Both the position numbers and the translations under genes were made by a program. A model generated the notes under the pieces. It saw only the letters and a program-made list of their open reading frames with translations. It made no database searches and had not been told where the DNA came from. A stretch of DNA of 62,277 nucleotides, counting the filler, from Clostridia bacterium (GTDB taxonomy: Bacteria; CBDUZB01; JAGLHV01): NCBI GenBank assembly GCA_030637025.1. It is 4 parts of 4 records of this genome, joined end to end, with 100 filler letters (N's around TTAATTAATTAA, not from the genome) between each part and the next. Parts side by side here need not be neighbours in the genome. Positions count along the whole stretch, not along the records: positions 1 to 16,576 come from DAOVVV010000043.1; 3 more parts are not named here. One strand, given 5' to 3'. Position 1 is the first letter of the stretch. Every line of letters starts with the position of its first letter. Below, piece after piece: positions 8,145 to 16,676 of this stretch.

Positions 8145-8999
8145 TTGAAAATAAATCTGAAAAGAAGTTTATATCTATTTCGTGCAGTTATTCTTCTCCT
8201 TCTTAGCCTCTTTATAGGTCTATATATCGGCCTTATGATTCGTCTTACGGTTTTTCAATCTCGTCTTATCTATTTTCCCGGCCGCAAAGTTATTATGACT
8301 CCTGATAGAATAGGACTTTCGTATGAAAACGTTTATTTTAAAACTGAGGATGGAGTAAATCTTAATGGTTGGTTTGTTCCCGCTAAGAATGCTAAGGGTG
8401 TGATTCTTTTTTGTCATGGTAACGGGGGAAATATTTCGGACCGCTTGAGCACTCTTCAGTTGTTTTCCCGTCTTGGACTAAGTACTTTCATTTTTGATTA
8501 CCGGGGTTATGGACATAGTGAAGGAAAGATTACAGAAAAAGGTACTTATCTGGATGCAGAAGCAGCGTGGAGTTACCTTATTAAAGAGAAAAAAACATCA
8601 TCAAATGAAATCATTATTTTCGGCAGGTCTCTTGGTTCTGCTATTGCTGTATGGCTTGCACAAGAGCACATACCGAAAGTGCTTATAGTAGAATCTGCGT
8701 TTGCTTCTATTCAGGATATGGCTGCCGAATTATATCCTTACTTTCCTACTAAATTCTTAGTGCGTTTCGATTACAAAACAATTGATTATATTCGTCGGGT
8801 GAAATGTCCTGTTCTTGTAATACATAGTCCTGAAGACGAAATAATACCATTTAGTCATGGCCGCAAACTGTTTGCAGCAGCAAATGGACCCAAAGAATTT
8901 ATAGAAATTAAAGGTAATCACAATGATGGATTTATCATATCAGCAAAACTTTATGAAAATGGTTTAAACTCTTTCATTTCTAAATATATGGAAAAATAA
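8145..8999 (+). CDS. Membrane-anchored alpha/beta hydrolase (ABHD17/BEM46-like)
   Basis: HGNGGN, DYRGYG, GRSLG nucleophile, DEIIP, GNHND. Confidence 0.9.
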   Translation: MKINLKRSLYLFRAVILLLLSLFIGLYIGLMIRLTVFQSRLIYFPGRKVIMTPDRIGLSYENVYFKTEDGVNLNGWFVPAKNAKGVILFCHGNGGNISDRLSTLQLFSRLGLSTFIFDYRGYGHSEGKITEKGTYLDAEAAWSYLIKEKKTSSNEIIIFGRSLGSAIAVWLAQEHIPKVLIVESAFASIQDMAAELYPYFPTKFLVRFDYKTIDYIRRVKCPVLVIHSPEDEIIPFSHGRKLFAAANGPKEFIEIKGNHNDGFIISAKLYENGLNSFISKYMEK

Positions 9000-9262
9000 A
9001 AATTCACCGCAACATTATGGATATAGAAAAGCCGGATATTTTCTTTTGAAAGGAAATATAATCGACTCCCATTTTTAGTGAAGTAAATAGGAAATTGAAA
9101 TCATTGATTTGTTTGATTGGAAAATGATATAATATCCAGGGCAATCAAGAGGAGCATTGCGTTACATAATTAAAGAAGGAAATAGAAAAGTAAATTATGA
9201 AATGTTAAGCTAACCAGTGTAATCCTGTTGGTTGGATTTTTTATTTTAATCGGAGGTTAAAT

Positions 9263-10408
9263 ATGGAAGTAACTATTAAGGAAGTAGTATCCAAAAAGGA
9301 GATGAAAAAGTTTATTCTTTTTCCTCACAAATTGTACAAAGATTGTCCGTACTGGGTGCCGCCGTTGAATATGGATGAAATGACTACGTTAAGCAAAAAA
9401 ACAAACCCTGCTTTTGATTTTTGCAGGGCAAAATACTATCTTGCTTATAAGGGAAATGATATTGTGGGAAGAATCGCCGGAATTATCAATGAAAAATATG
9501 TTGAAGTATGGAAAAATAAATACGCGCGATTTGGATGGGTAGACTTTATTGACGATTATGATGTATCTAAAGCATTATTTGCTACCGTTGAGAATTGGGT
9601 AAAAGAAAATGGAATGGTTGGATTGCAAGGTCCCCTTGGTTTTACTGATTTTGACAAAGAAGGAATGCTTGTCGAGGGTTTTGAGGAATTAGGTAGTATG
9701 ATGGGCATATATAATTATCCATATTATCTGGATCATTTAGAAAAATTATCCTATAAAAAGGAAATAGATTGGCTGGAATTTAGAATAAAATTATCCAATA
9801 CCATAGATGAAAAAATAGACCGTTTGGCAAACATTGTAGAAAAAAAGCTTAAGCTGAAAGTGCTTAAGTTAAATAAAACAAAAGAAGCACTACCTTATGC
9901 AAAAGAAATATTTCAGTTGTTAAATGATTGTTATAAAAACATATTTGGATTTGTGCCTCTATCCGACAAACAAACGGATTATTATATTAAACAAGTTTTT
10001 TCCTTTATCCGCCCCGATTTTATGCAAATAATAGTTGATGAAGATAATAAAATAGTTGCTTTTGGGCTTACTATACCCTCGATATCAATAGCTTTGAAAA
10101 AGGCAAAAGGAAAAATTTTCCCTTTTGGATTTATTCATTTATTAATGGCTAACAGAAAAAACGATAAAGCTGATTTATTAATTATAGCTATAAAAGAAGA
10201 TTTGCAGGGAAAAGGGGTAAATGCCTTGATAATGAGGGAAGGGCATAAAACATATATAAAGAACAATATTACTGTTGTGGAAACATCTAATCAGTTGGAA
10301 ACAAACCACAAAGTATTGTCACTATGGCGCCGCTTTAACGGGAAACAGCATAAAAGAAGAAGATGTTTCACTAAATTATTTAACGGTAAAACCAGTAATT
10401 TAAGCTAA
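9263..10408 (+). CDS. YghO-like GNAT acyltransferase, probable bacterial ceramide synthase (bCerS) family
   Basis: LYKDCPYWVPPL, GRIAGIIN, RFGWVDFIDD, GPLGFTDFDKEGMLVEGF, YNYPYY, QGKGV, LETN motifs. Confidence 0.72.
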   Translation: MEVTIKEVVSKKEMKKFILFPHKLYKDCPYWVPPLNMDEMTTLSKKTNPAFDFCRAKYYLAYKGNDIVGRIAGIINEKYVEVWKNKYARFGWVDFIDDYDVSKALFATVENWVKENGMVGLQGPLGFTDFDKEGMLVEGFEELGSMMGIYNYPYYLDHLEKLSYKKEIDWLEFRIKLSNTIDEKIDRLANIVEKKLKLKVLKLNKTKEALPYAKEIFQLLNDCYKNIFGFVPLSDKQTDYYIKQVFSFIRPDFMQIIVDEDNKIVAFGLTIPSISIALKKAKGKIFPFGFIHLLMANRKNDKADLLIIAIKEDLQGKGVNALIMREGHKTYIKNNITVVETSNQLETNHKVLSLWRRFNGKQHKRRRCFTKLFNGKTSNLS

Positions 10409-10441
10409 AGTGCTTTCATAAATCCGTCATCGGATTAAACA

Positions 10442-10582
10442 GACTGTGTCATAACTCATATTTTCATGTGGTAGCCGCAACCTTTAGGGTGCGTTATTTT
10501 CAGAGTTTTTCCGCAGGCTACTTGTCCGCCATCTGTTTGGAGGAAAGCCTGCGACTACCAAAAAGGGAATTGTGATACAGTC
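10442..10582 (+). repeat. MITE-like REP-doublet element (copy 2) with nested 24-bp insertion
   Basis: Terminal IR GACTGTGTCATAA / TTGTGATACAGTC; GTAG REP at 10471; second REP split by CTTGTCCGCCATCTGTTTGGAGGA (10521-10544). Confidence 0.75.
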
Positions 10583-10637
10583 CGAAAAGAAGGAAGGTAA
10601 AGATAATCAGAAAAACCATTAAAGGAGGTTTAGTATT

Positions 10638-11435
10638 GTGGAAGATAAGAAATATGCCCTAATTACGGGTGGGTCATCAGGTTTGGGGCTTGCTTTTGCT
10701 AAAAATCTGGCAGAAAAAGGTTATGTTCCTCTCCTTATTGCCAGAAGGAAAAACAAGCTGGAAGAAGCAACGGATAACATTAAAAAAATGGGGTTTGATT
10801 CTTATGGTTTTCAGGGAGATATTACATCTCAGGAAGATTTGATAAATATAGCTGAAACAATAAAAGGGCAGTTTGGAAAAATAGAATTTCTGGTGTTGAA
10901 TGCAGGGGTAGTTAATGTTAGTTTGTTAGCCGATTATGATGATTATGGAAAAATGAAAGAGGATATTGAAATTGATTTATGGGGAACGATATTATCAACC
11001 AGAGTCTTTATGCCTTTATTAACACCCGGTTCTAAAATTTTAATGATTTCATCGGGATTTGGATTGATAGGAGGGGCAGGATATTCTACCTACTGTGCGG
11101 CAAAAGCAGGAATTGTCAATTTTGCCGAGGCACTTAGAAGAGAACTTCTTTGTAAAGATATAGCGGTATATGTGGCCTGTCCCGCAGATATAGATACCCC
11201 TCAATATGCCCAGGAAAGAAAAAACATGCCTGAATGGATGTCAAAAGGACTTTCAGCCAGGCAGTCTCTTTTATCCCCCCAAAAAGCTGCCGAAAAAATA
11301 CTTAATAAATGTAAAGGAAAAAAGTTTCTGATCATAATTAATTTTGAGATTTTTTTATTACGCATCTTAAGCAAGATTCTTCCGGGAAGAATAGTAACAA
11401 GCATATTGGATTCAAGCCTCCCACGCCCGAAATAG
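10638..11435 (+). CDS. Short-chain dehydrogenase/reductase, 3-ketodihydrosphingosine reductase-like
   Basis: TGGSSGLG, NAG, YCAAK; AEALRREL...CPADIDTPQYAQERKNMP resembles the PPDTDTPGF..EN..KP segment of the KDSR subfamily. Confidence 0.75.
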   Translation: MEDKKYALITGGSSGLGLAFAKNLAEKGYVPLLIARRKNKLEEATDNIKKMGFDSYGFQGDITSQEDLINIAETIKGQFGKIEFLVLNAGVVNVSLLADYDDYGKMKEDIEIDLWGTILSTRVFMPLLTPGSKILMISSGFGLIGGAGYSTYCAAKAGIVNFAEALRRELLCKDIAVYVACPADIDTPQYAQERKNMPEWMSKGLSARQSLLSPQKAAEKILNKCKGKKFLIIINFEIFLLRILSKILPGRIVTSILDSSLPRPK

Positions 11436-11517
11436 TAGTCAAAGATATTTGTGCCGGGGAAATATAGGGGAGAAGTTCTCTTGGTAGGCCTGAAATAACA
11501 GGAGAGATAATTGAAAA

Positions 11518-12486
11518 ATGTTTAAAAGAAAAGGAGTAAATATATTTTGTTCTTTGAAGTTAAAAAACATACAATTTTTATTAATAATTTTGACACTTAA
11601 TGTTTTCCTTTCCTGTACAAGAAAAATATCCTTAGATATAAAACAGTATTCATTAATTAATGAAGAAGGTAAGAAATTAGTTTTTTATATTGGGAAAAAA
11701 CCAAATAGCAATTTAAAAGATAAAATATTAATATATTTACAAGGGTCGGGTTCTCAATCCGTAAAAAATAATTTCGGAGACGGAGCGGAAGCTACATTTC
11801 TTGGGTATGATATTCTTTATATAGAAAAATATGGATTTAACAGTAGAGATCTTTTTTGTCAATCATATACACTGAAGAGTAGAGTTGAAAATGTACTAAA
11901 TATTGTAAAACATGTAAAAAATAATATATATAAAAATAAAATCAAAGAAATCGGCATACTTGGGCAAAGTGAAGGGGGAGCGATAGCTCCTGAAATTGCA
12001 ACAAATTTGCCCATGGTTACACATGTAATTATAATGGGGGCAGGTGGATTACCACAAGCTAAAGAATTTGAAATATTATTAGAAAAAAACTTAAAAAAAG
12101 GAAAGCCTTTTTTTAAGTCGGATATTAAAACAAAAGAGCAACTATTATGTAAATATGAAGAAATAAAAAAAAATTGTTCATCCGAAAAGTTTTGGTTAGG
12201 TCATACATATAAGTATTGGAATACTAGTCTACGGTATTCGGCGGAAAAGTATATTTCGCAATTAAAAATGCCGACATTATTTATAATTGGAGAAAAAGAT
12301 AATATGGTCCCGGTAGAATCGATAGAATGTTTGATACCTAAATTAGCGAATAGAAAAAATTTTACTTTTAAAATAATACCAAAAGTAAATCATAAATTTA
12401 TTGATTCTAAAGGGAAAAAAAAATCAAAAAAAGTGATAGAAATAATATTAAATTGGTTTAAACAAACAGTAGATATAAAATCATAA
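11518..12486 (+). CDS. Exported (lipoprotein-like) alpha/beta hydrolase
   Basis: VFLSC lipobox-like, GQSEGG nucleophile elbow, GEKDNMVP, NH; very AT-rich. Confidence 0.8.
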   Translation: MFKRKGVNIFCSLKLKNIQFLLIILTLNVFLSCTRKISLDIKQYSLINEEGKKLVFYIGKKPNSNLKDKILIYLQGSGSQSVKNNFGDGAEATFLGYDILYIEKYGFNSRDLFCQSYTLKSRVENVLNIVKHVKNNIYKNKIKEIGILGQSEGGAIAPEIATNLPMVTHVIIMGAGGLPQAKEFEILLEKNLKKGKPFFKSDIKTKEQLLCKYEEIKKNCSSEKFWLGHTYKYWNTSLRYSAEKYISQLKMPTLFIIGEKDNMVPVESIECLIPKLANRKNFTFKIIPKVNHKFIDSKGKKKSKKVIEIILNWFKQTVDIKS

Positions 12487-12559
12487 AAAGTTTATTAAAA
12501 AAATACTACAACAAAATAATATAAAGTGAAAACGAAAAGGCCGGTGTTAGAAGATAAGA

Positions 12560-12760
12560 ATGAATAAGAAACAAATAAAAGATATTTGGGTAGTAAGATT
12601 TTTAATGTTTTGCTTAATAATGATAATTTTGCCGGTTACTCTTGTAGTAATTTCACACAGGTTGTTTTCTGGATTTTGGCTTAAAATGTTAGGTGTGTTT
12701 ATTACTATTATCATAATTGGAATTTTGGTTAAGAAATGGATAAATTTTTTAGAAAGATAA
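12560..12760 (+). CDS. Small 2-TM hypothetical protein
   Basis: 66-aa ORF with two hydrophobic helices. Confidence 0.55.
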   Translation: MNKKQIKDIWVVRFLMFCLIMIILPVTLVVISHRLFSGFWLKMLGVFITIIIIGILVKKWINFLER

Positions 12761-12833
12761 AGACCTTATTCCTGACAATCCTAAAAAAAAACTTACTCCC
12801 AAGTTTTTAATTTCATTAAGATGATCGGTTGAA

Positions 12834-13511
12834 TTGAAAATGAGTAAAATTAAAATAGATAAGATTATTCGTTCAAAAAGACGGACTTTGTCCCTGGAGA
12901 TTGAGCCTGATGCCAGACTGATTGTCAGGGCTCCCCAAAAAACTTCATTAGATTACATTGAACAAATTGTGCAGAAAAAGCGTTTATGGATACAAAGTAA
13001 ACAGCAACTAACCAGGGAGAAGTATGCAGAAAGACAATCAAAGAAATTTGTGAATGGGGAGGGTTTTCTTTATTTGGGGCATACCTATCCTTTATCTATC
13101 GTTAATGATAATGTTCCATTTCTATTCGATAATGAGTTTCTGCTTTCAAAACATCTCCTTTCAAAAGGGCGAAAACTATTTATAGATTGGTATAAGAAAG
13201 CAGCATATCGGAAGATAGGAGACAGATTAGACCGGCATGCTTCTTTTTCCGGGTTTAAATATAACAAATTCGGCATAACAAGCGCTCAAAAACGTTGGGG
13301 TTCCTGTAATTATAAGAATACTTTATCTTTTAGCTGGCGATTAATAATGGCCCCGTTGAGGGTGATTGATTATGTGGTTGTTCACGAGTTGGTACATACT
13401 GTAGAAAAAAATCACTCAAAGAGGTTTTGGAATAGAGTTAAGTTGCTGGACCCAAATTATCAAGACAATAGAAAATGGATAAAAGAAAACGGGCACAGAT
13501 TAATAATTTAA
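12834..13511 (+). CDS. YgjP/DUF45 (SprT/M48-like) zinc metalloprotein
   Basis: RSKRRTL, RWGSC, DYVVVHELVH, NHSKRFW; likely start ATG 12840. Confidence 0.9.
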   Translation: MKMSKIKIDKIIRSKRRTLSLEIEPDARLIVRAPQKTSLDYIEQIVQKKRLWIQSKQQLTREKYAERQSKKFVNGEGFLYLGHTYPLSIVNDNVPFLFDNEFLLSKHLLSKGRKLFIDWYKKAAYRKIGDRLDRHASFSGFKYNKFGITSAQKRWGSCNYKNTLSFSWRLIMAPLRVIDYVVVHELVHTVEKNHSKRFWNRVKLLDPNYQDNRKWIKENGHRLII

Positions 13512-13533
13512 AGATGGATATCGGGGAACGTTT

Positions 13534-14835
13534 ATGAAAAAAATACTTATTGTTAATTCCTGGATATATGATTTTGCAGCTTATGATTTATGGCTTAAAC
13601 CGTGGGGGCTTTTGAAGATATCGTCAATACTTAAAAAAGCGGGTTTTCAAGTATATTGTGTGGACACATTAGACAGACACCACCCTTTAATTAAAGAGAA
13701 AATTAGAGATCGGTCGGATGGTACAGGGAAATACTTAACCGAAGAAATCAAACAGCCGGATGTTTTTCAAGATATCCCCCGAAAATATAAAAGATACGGT
13801 TTACCCATAGAGTATTTTCTAAAAGCTTTGCCTCAAGAGGAGATAGATTTTATATTGGTGTCTTCAAGTATGACTTATTGGTATCAAGGGGTATTTCAGG
13901 CAATAAAGACGCTTAAACGGGTTTATCAAGGTGTTCCTGTCATTTTAGGGGGAACCTATGCGACCTTGTGTTATAATCATGCCGTAGACAAAAGCGGGGC
14001 GGATCATGTTGTCAAGAACAATGAATTGGATAAACTCTCTTTCCTTTTGGGAAAAGAATGTGATTTTTCTTTTAGTAATATTTTAGATGAGCTGATAGAT
14101 TATGAATGTTATCATAATCCTGCTTACGCAGTATTGAGAATATCTCTGGGATGCCCTTTTAATTGCCTTTATTGTGCTCAAAAGCTGTTGGGTCCTGGTT
14201 TTATACTTAAAGACAAAAAAAGTGCTTTAAAAGAGATTAAACTGCTTTATCAAAGGGGTATAAGAAATTTTGCTTTTTATGATGATGCCCTTTTATTTAA
14301 TCAGGATTATATAAAATGGTATCTGGAAGCAATCATAAAAGAAGTAGGTCACGATATGAGTTTTTATACTCCTAATGGCTTGCATGCTAAATTTATTAGC
14401 AAAGATATAGCAAAATTGATGAAACAAGTAAACTTTGTAAATCCGATATTAAGTCTGGAGACAACAAACCGGGAAAAAGAAAAGAGTTGGCATAGCAAGG
14501 TTACCGGAGAACAACTTCAAAAGGCAATATCGAATTTAAAGGAAGCCGGGTACAAAAAAGGAGAATATTCGGTATATCTCCTGTTGGGTGCACCGGGGAG
14601 TAACATCAAGGAAGTAAAAGAGGGGGTGGAGTTTATTTATTCGCTGGGTGCCAGGGTATCACTAAGTGAATTTTCACCTATTCCCGGCACAGAAATGGCC
14701 GAAAACTTTAATGAAATAGACAACGAACCGCTTTTACAGAATAATAGTTATTTTCCGTCATTTGCATTATCCGAATGGAAAGATATTCATTCAGTTAAAG
14801 AAAAAGCGGTTTATTTGAATGCCTCTTTAAATTAA
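13534..14835 (+). CDS. B12-binding-domain radical SAM protein
   Basis: IYDFAAYDLWLKPWG N-terminus, LGGTYATL, CPFNCLYC, FYDDALL, PIPGT. Confidence 0.85.
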   Translation: MKKILIVNSWIYDFAAYDLWLKPWGLLKISSILKKAGFQVYCVDTLDRHHPLIKEKIRDRSDGTGKYLTEEIKQPDVFQDIPRKYKRYGLPIEYFLKALPQEEIDFILVSSSMTYWYQGVFQAIKTLKRVYQGVPVILGGTYATLCYNHAVDKSGADHVVKNNELDKLSFLLGKECDFSFSNILDELIDYECYHNPAYAVLRISLGCPFNCLYCAQKLLGPGFILKDKKSALKEIKLLYQRGIRNFAFYDDALLFNQDYIKWYLEAIIKEVGHDMSFYTPNGLHAKFISKDIAKLMKQVNFVNPILSLETTNREKEKSWHSKVTGEQLQKAISNLKEAGYKKGEYSVYLLLGAPGSNIKEVKEGVEFIYSLGARVSLSEFSPIPGTEMAENFNEIDNEPLLQNNSYFPSFALSEWKDIHSVKEKAVYLNASLN

Positions 14836-14840
14836 AAATA

Positions 14841-14873
14841 AAAATTCCCCCGGCCCCTTTTTCAAAGGAGGAA
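14841..14873 (+). repeat. Small C-run/G-run palindromic repeat (copy 1)
   Basis: AAAATTCCCCCGGCCCCTTTTTCAAAGGAGGAA; related copy at 24002-24035. Confidence 0.55.
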
Positions 14874-15023
14874 GAAAATATAGGTACATTTAAAAAGGGG
14901 GGAAAACAAGTATTTTTAACAAAAAGCTTTGCAATTAATACAGATATAAATGAATTATCCATGCTTCGCCGAGGCGATACTGAATATTTTTGACCTTACT
15001 CTAAAAAAGGGGGGAAAGATTTT

Positions 15024-15761
15024 ATGAAACAAAAAATGTGTAAAGAATTACTATTGATGGGATTAAGCTTTTTATTATGTAGTGCTTTATTATTTTCAGC
15101 AGAAAAAGAAGAAAAAAACTGGAATTTATCCAGTGAGCTTTCTTATGTTACATCCAGTGGAAATAATGAGCTATCCACTGCTAATTTGCAGAGTTTATAC
15201 CAGCAGAAATGGGTAAAAACAAGTTTTCATTTAGACGGCAGTTTTCTTTTTTCTACCCAGGAGAACACTACCACTGCTGAACAATATCATCTGGGTGAAA
15301 AAGTAGAATATAAGATAGAAAAAAAAATATATCTTTTTGAATACGGAGAGTGGTTAAAAAATAATTTTGCAGGAATAAACAATCAGTATAAGCTGCAGGC
15401 AGGGGGTGGTTATTGGTTTATAGATACCTCCGCAGATAAATTCAGGGGTGAATTAGGTGCCGGTTATACCATGGAAGAAGATAATAATTCATTAGAGTCG
15501 GAATATGGTTCTTACCGGGTTTATGGCGAATATCAGCATCATTTTTCTTCTACTGCATTTTTTTCTTCCCAGGCAGAATTTAGTGGTAATTTGGAAGATG
15601 ACCGGGATTATCAGGTCAATTCAATAACAGGGTTAACTACGGTGTTAAGCAGTAATTTATCTTCTAAAATTGCATATACTTTAAAATATGATCACCAACC
15701 GGTCACCGGATTTAAAAAAACCGATACTATTTTGACAGCGGCATTAATATTGAAATTATAA
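15024..15761 (+). CDS. DUF481/YdiY outer-membrane beta-barrel protein
   Basis: Signal peptide, SGN motif, alternating beta-strands, YDHQPVTGFKKTDT C-terminal motif. Confidence 0.85.
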   Translation: MKQKMCKELLLMGLSFLLCSALLFSAEKEEKNWNLSSELSYVTSSGNNELSTANLQSLYQQKWVKTSFHLDGSFLFSTQENTTTAEQYHLGEKVEYKIEKKIYLFEYGEWLKNNFAGINNQYKLQAGGGYWFIDTSADKFRGELGAGYTMEEDNNSLESEYGSYRVYGEYQHHFSSTAFFSSQAEFSGNLEDDRDYQVNSITGLTTVLSSNLSSKIAYTLKYDHQPVTGFKKTDTILTAALILKL

Positions 15762-15772
15762 GGAGTAATAAA

Positions 15773-16030
15773 ATGATTAAAACCATAGGTTTGGTAGCGG
15801 CAATAATATTACCGCTGTGGAATATTCCGCTGATTATACGCATAATTAAGCGAAAATCGTCAGAAGATATCAGTGTTGCCTGGGTATTGGGTGTCTGGTT
15901 TTGTTTATTGGCAATGTTTCCTTCCGGGATATTATCAACAGATATCGTTTGGAAAGCTTTTAATATAGCAAATACGCTTTTGTTTAGCTGTGTAGTGGTG
16001 ATTGTCCTTTTGTATCGTAAATCAAAATAA
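15773..16030 (+). CDS. SemiSWEET/PQ-loop family transporter
   Basis: 85 aa, 3 TM, IPLIIRIIKRKSSEDIS and conserved TM3 Asn. Confidence 0.75.
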   Translation: MIKTIGLVAAIILPLWNIPLIIRIIKRKSSEDISVAWVLGVWFCLLAMFPSGILSTDIVWKAFNIANTLLFSCVVVIVLLYRKSK

Positions 16031-16073
16031 AAAGCAGTGTTAAAAATCAAATAGGTGAGGGGAATTATTACAG

Positions 16074-16576
16074 ATGAAAAGAAAATATTTAAATTTTTGT
16101 AAAATGGGATTATTTTTTTTGGTTTATGTTGGGTTTATGTTTGCTTTTAATGTTAAAGTTTGGGCGGGAACATTGATTTCTATTGATTCGGCAACCTATA
16201 ATGGAGGTAATGATGATGATGCGTGGGGAGTAACGACAGATGGTAATAATAATATTATTGTTACTGGACATAGTTCGGATGGAGCAAATGATGATTATTT
16301 TACCATAAAATATGATAACAATTTAGTGGTTATCGCTTCGGTAGCTTATGATGGAGGTGGTAATGATTCTGCGCGGGGAGTAGCGATAGATGGTAATAAT
16401 AACATTATTGTTTCCGGAAAAAGTTTTATGGGAGGAAATGATGATTATTTTACCATAAAATATGATAGTAATTTAGTCGTTATTACTTCGAAAGCTTATG
16501 ATGGAGGTAGTTACGATACTGCGCGGGGAGTAGCGATAGATGGTAATAATAACATTATTGTTACTGGATATAGTTA
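16074..16576 (+). CDS. Secreted beta-propeller (SBBP-like) repeat protein, truncated at contig end
   Basis: Signal peptide; about 49-aa tandem repeats YDGGGNDSARGVAIDGNNNIIVSG...DDYFTIKYD. Confidence 0.75.
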
Positions 16577-16676
16577 NNNNNNNNNNNNNNNNNNNNNNNN
16601 NNNNNNNNNNNNNNNNNNNNTTAATTAATTAANNNNNNNNNNNNNNNNNNNNNNNNNNNNNNNNNNNNNNNNNNNN
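16577..16676. other. Artificial contig spacer
   Basis: N run with central TTAATTAATTAA six-frame stop linker. Confidence 0.97.

Noticed and set aside
12834-13511. Type I restriction-modification or defence locus suggested by the YgjP/DUF45 gene
   Set aside because: No hsdRMS or other defence genes adjacent
16190-16576. Regularly spaced DNA repeats resembling CRISPR or a DGR template/variable pair
   Set aside because: In-frame protein repeats; no reverse transcriptase or cas gene in the window
16577-16676. TTAATTAATTAA palindrome within N runs (also 35239-35338 and 49316-49415)
   Set aside because: Artificial contig linker; ORF ends inside it and cross-spacer synteny are artefacts
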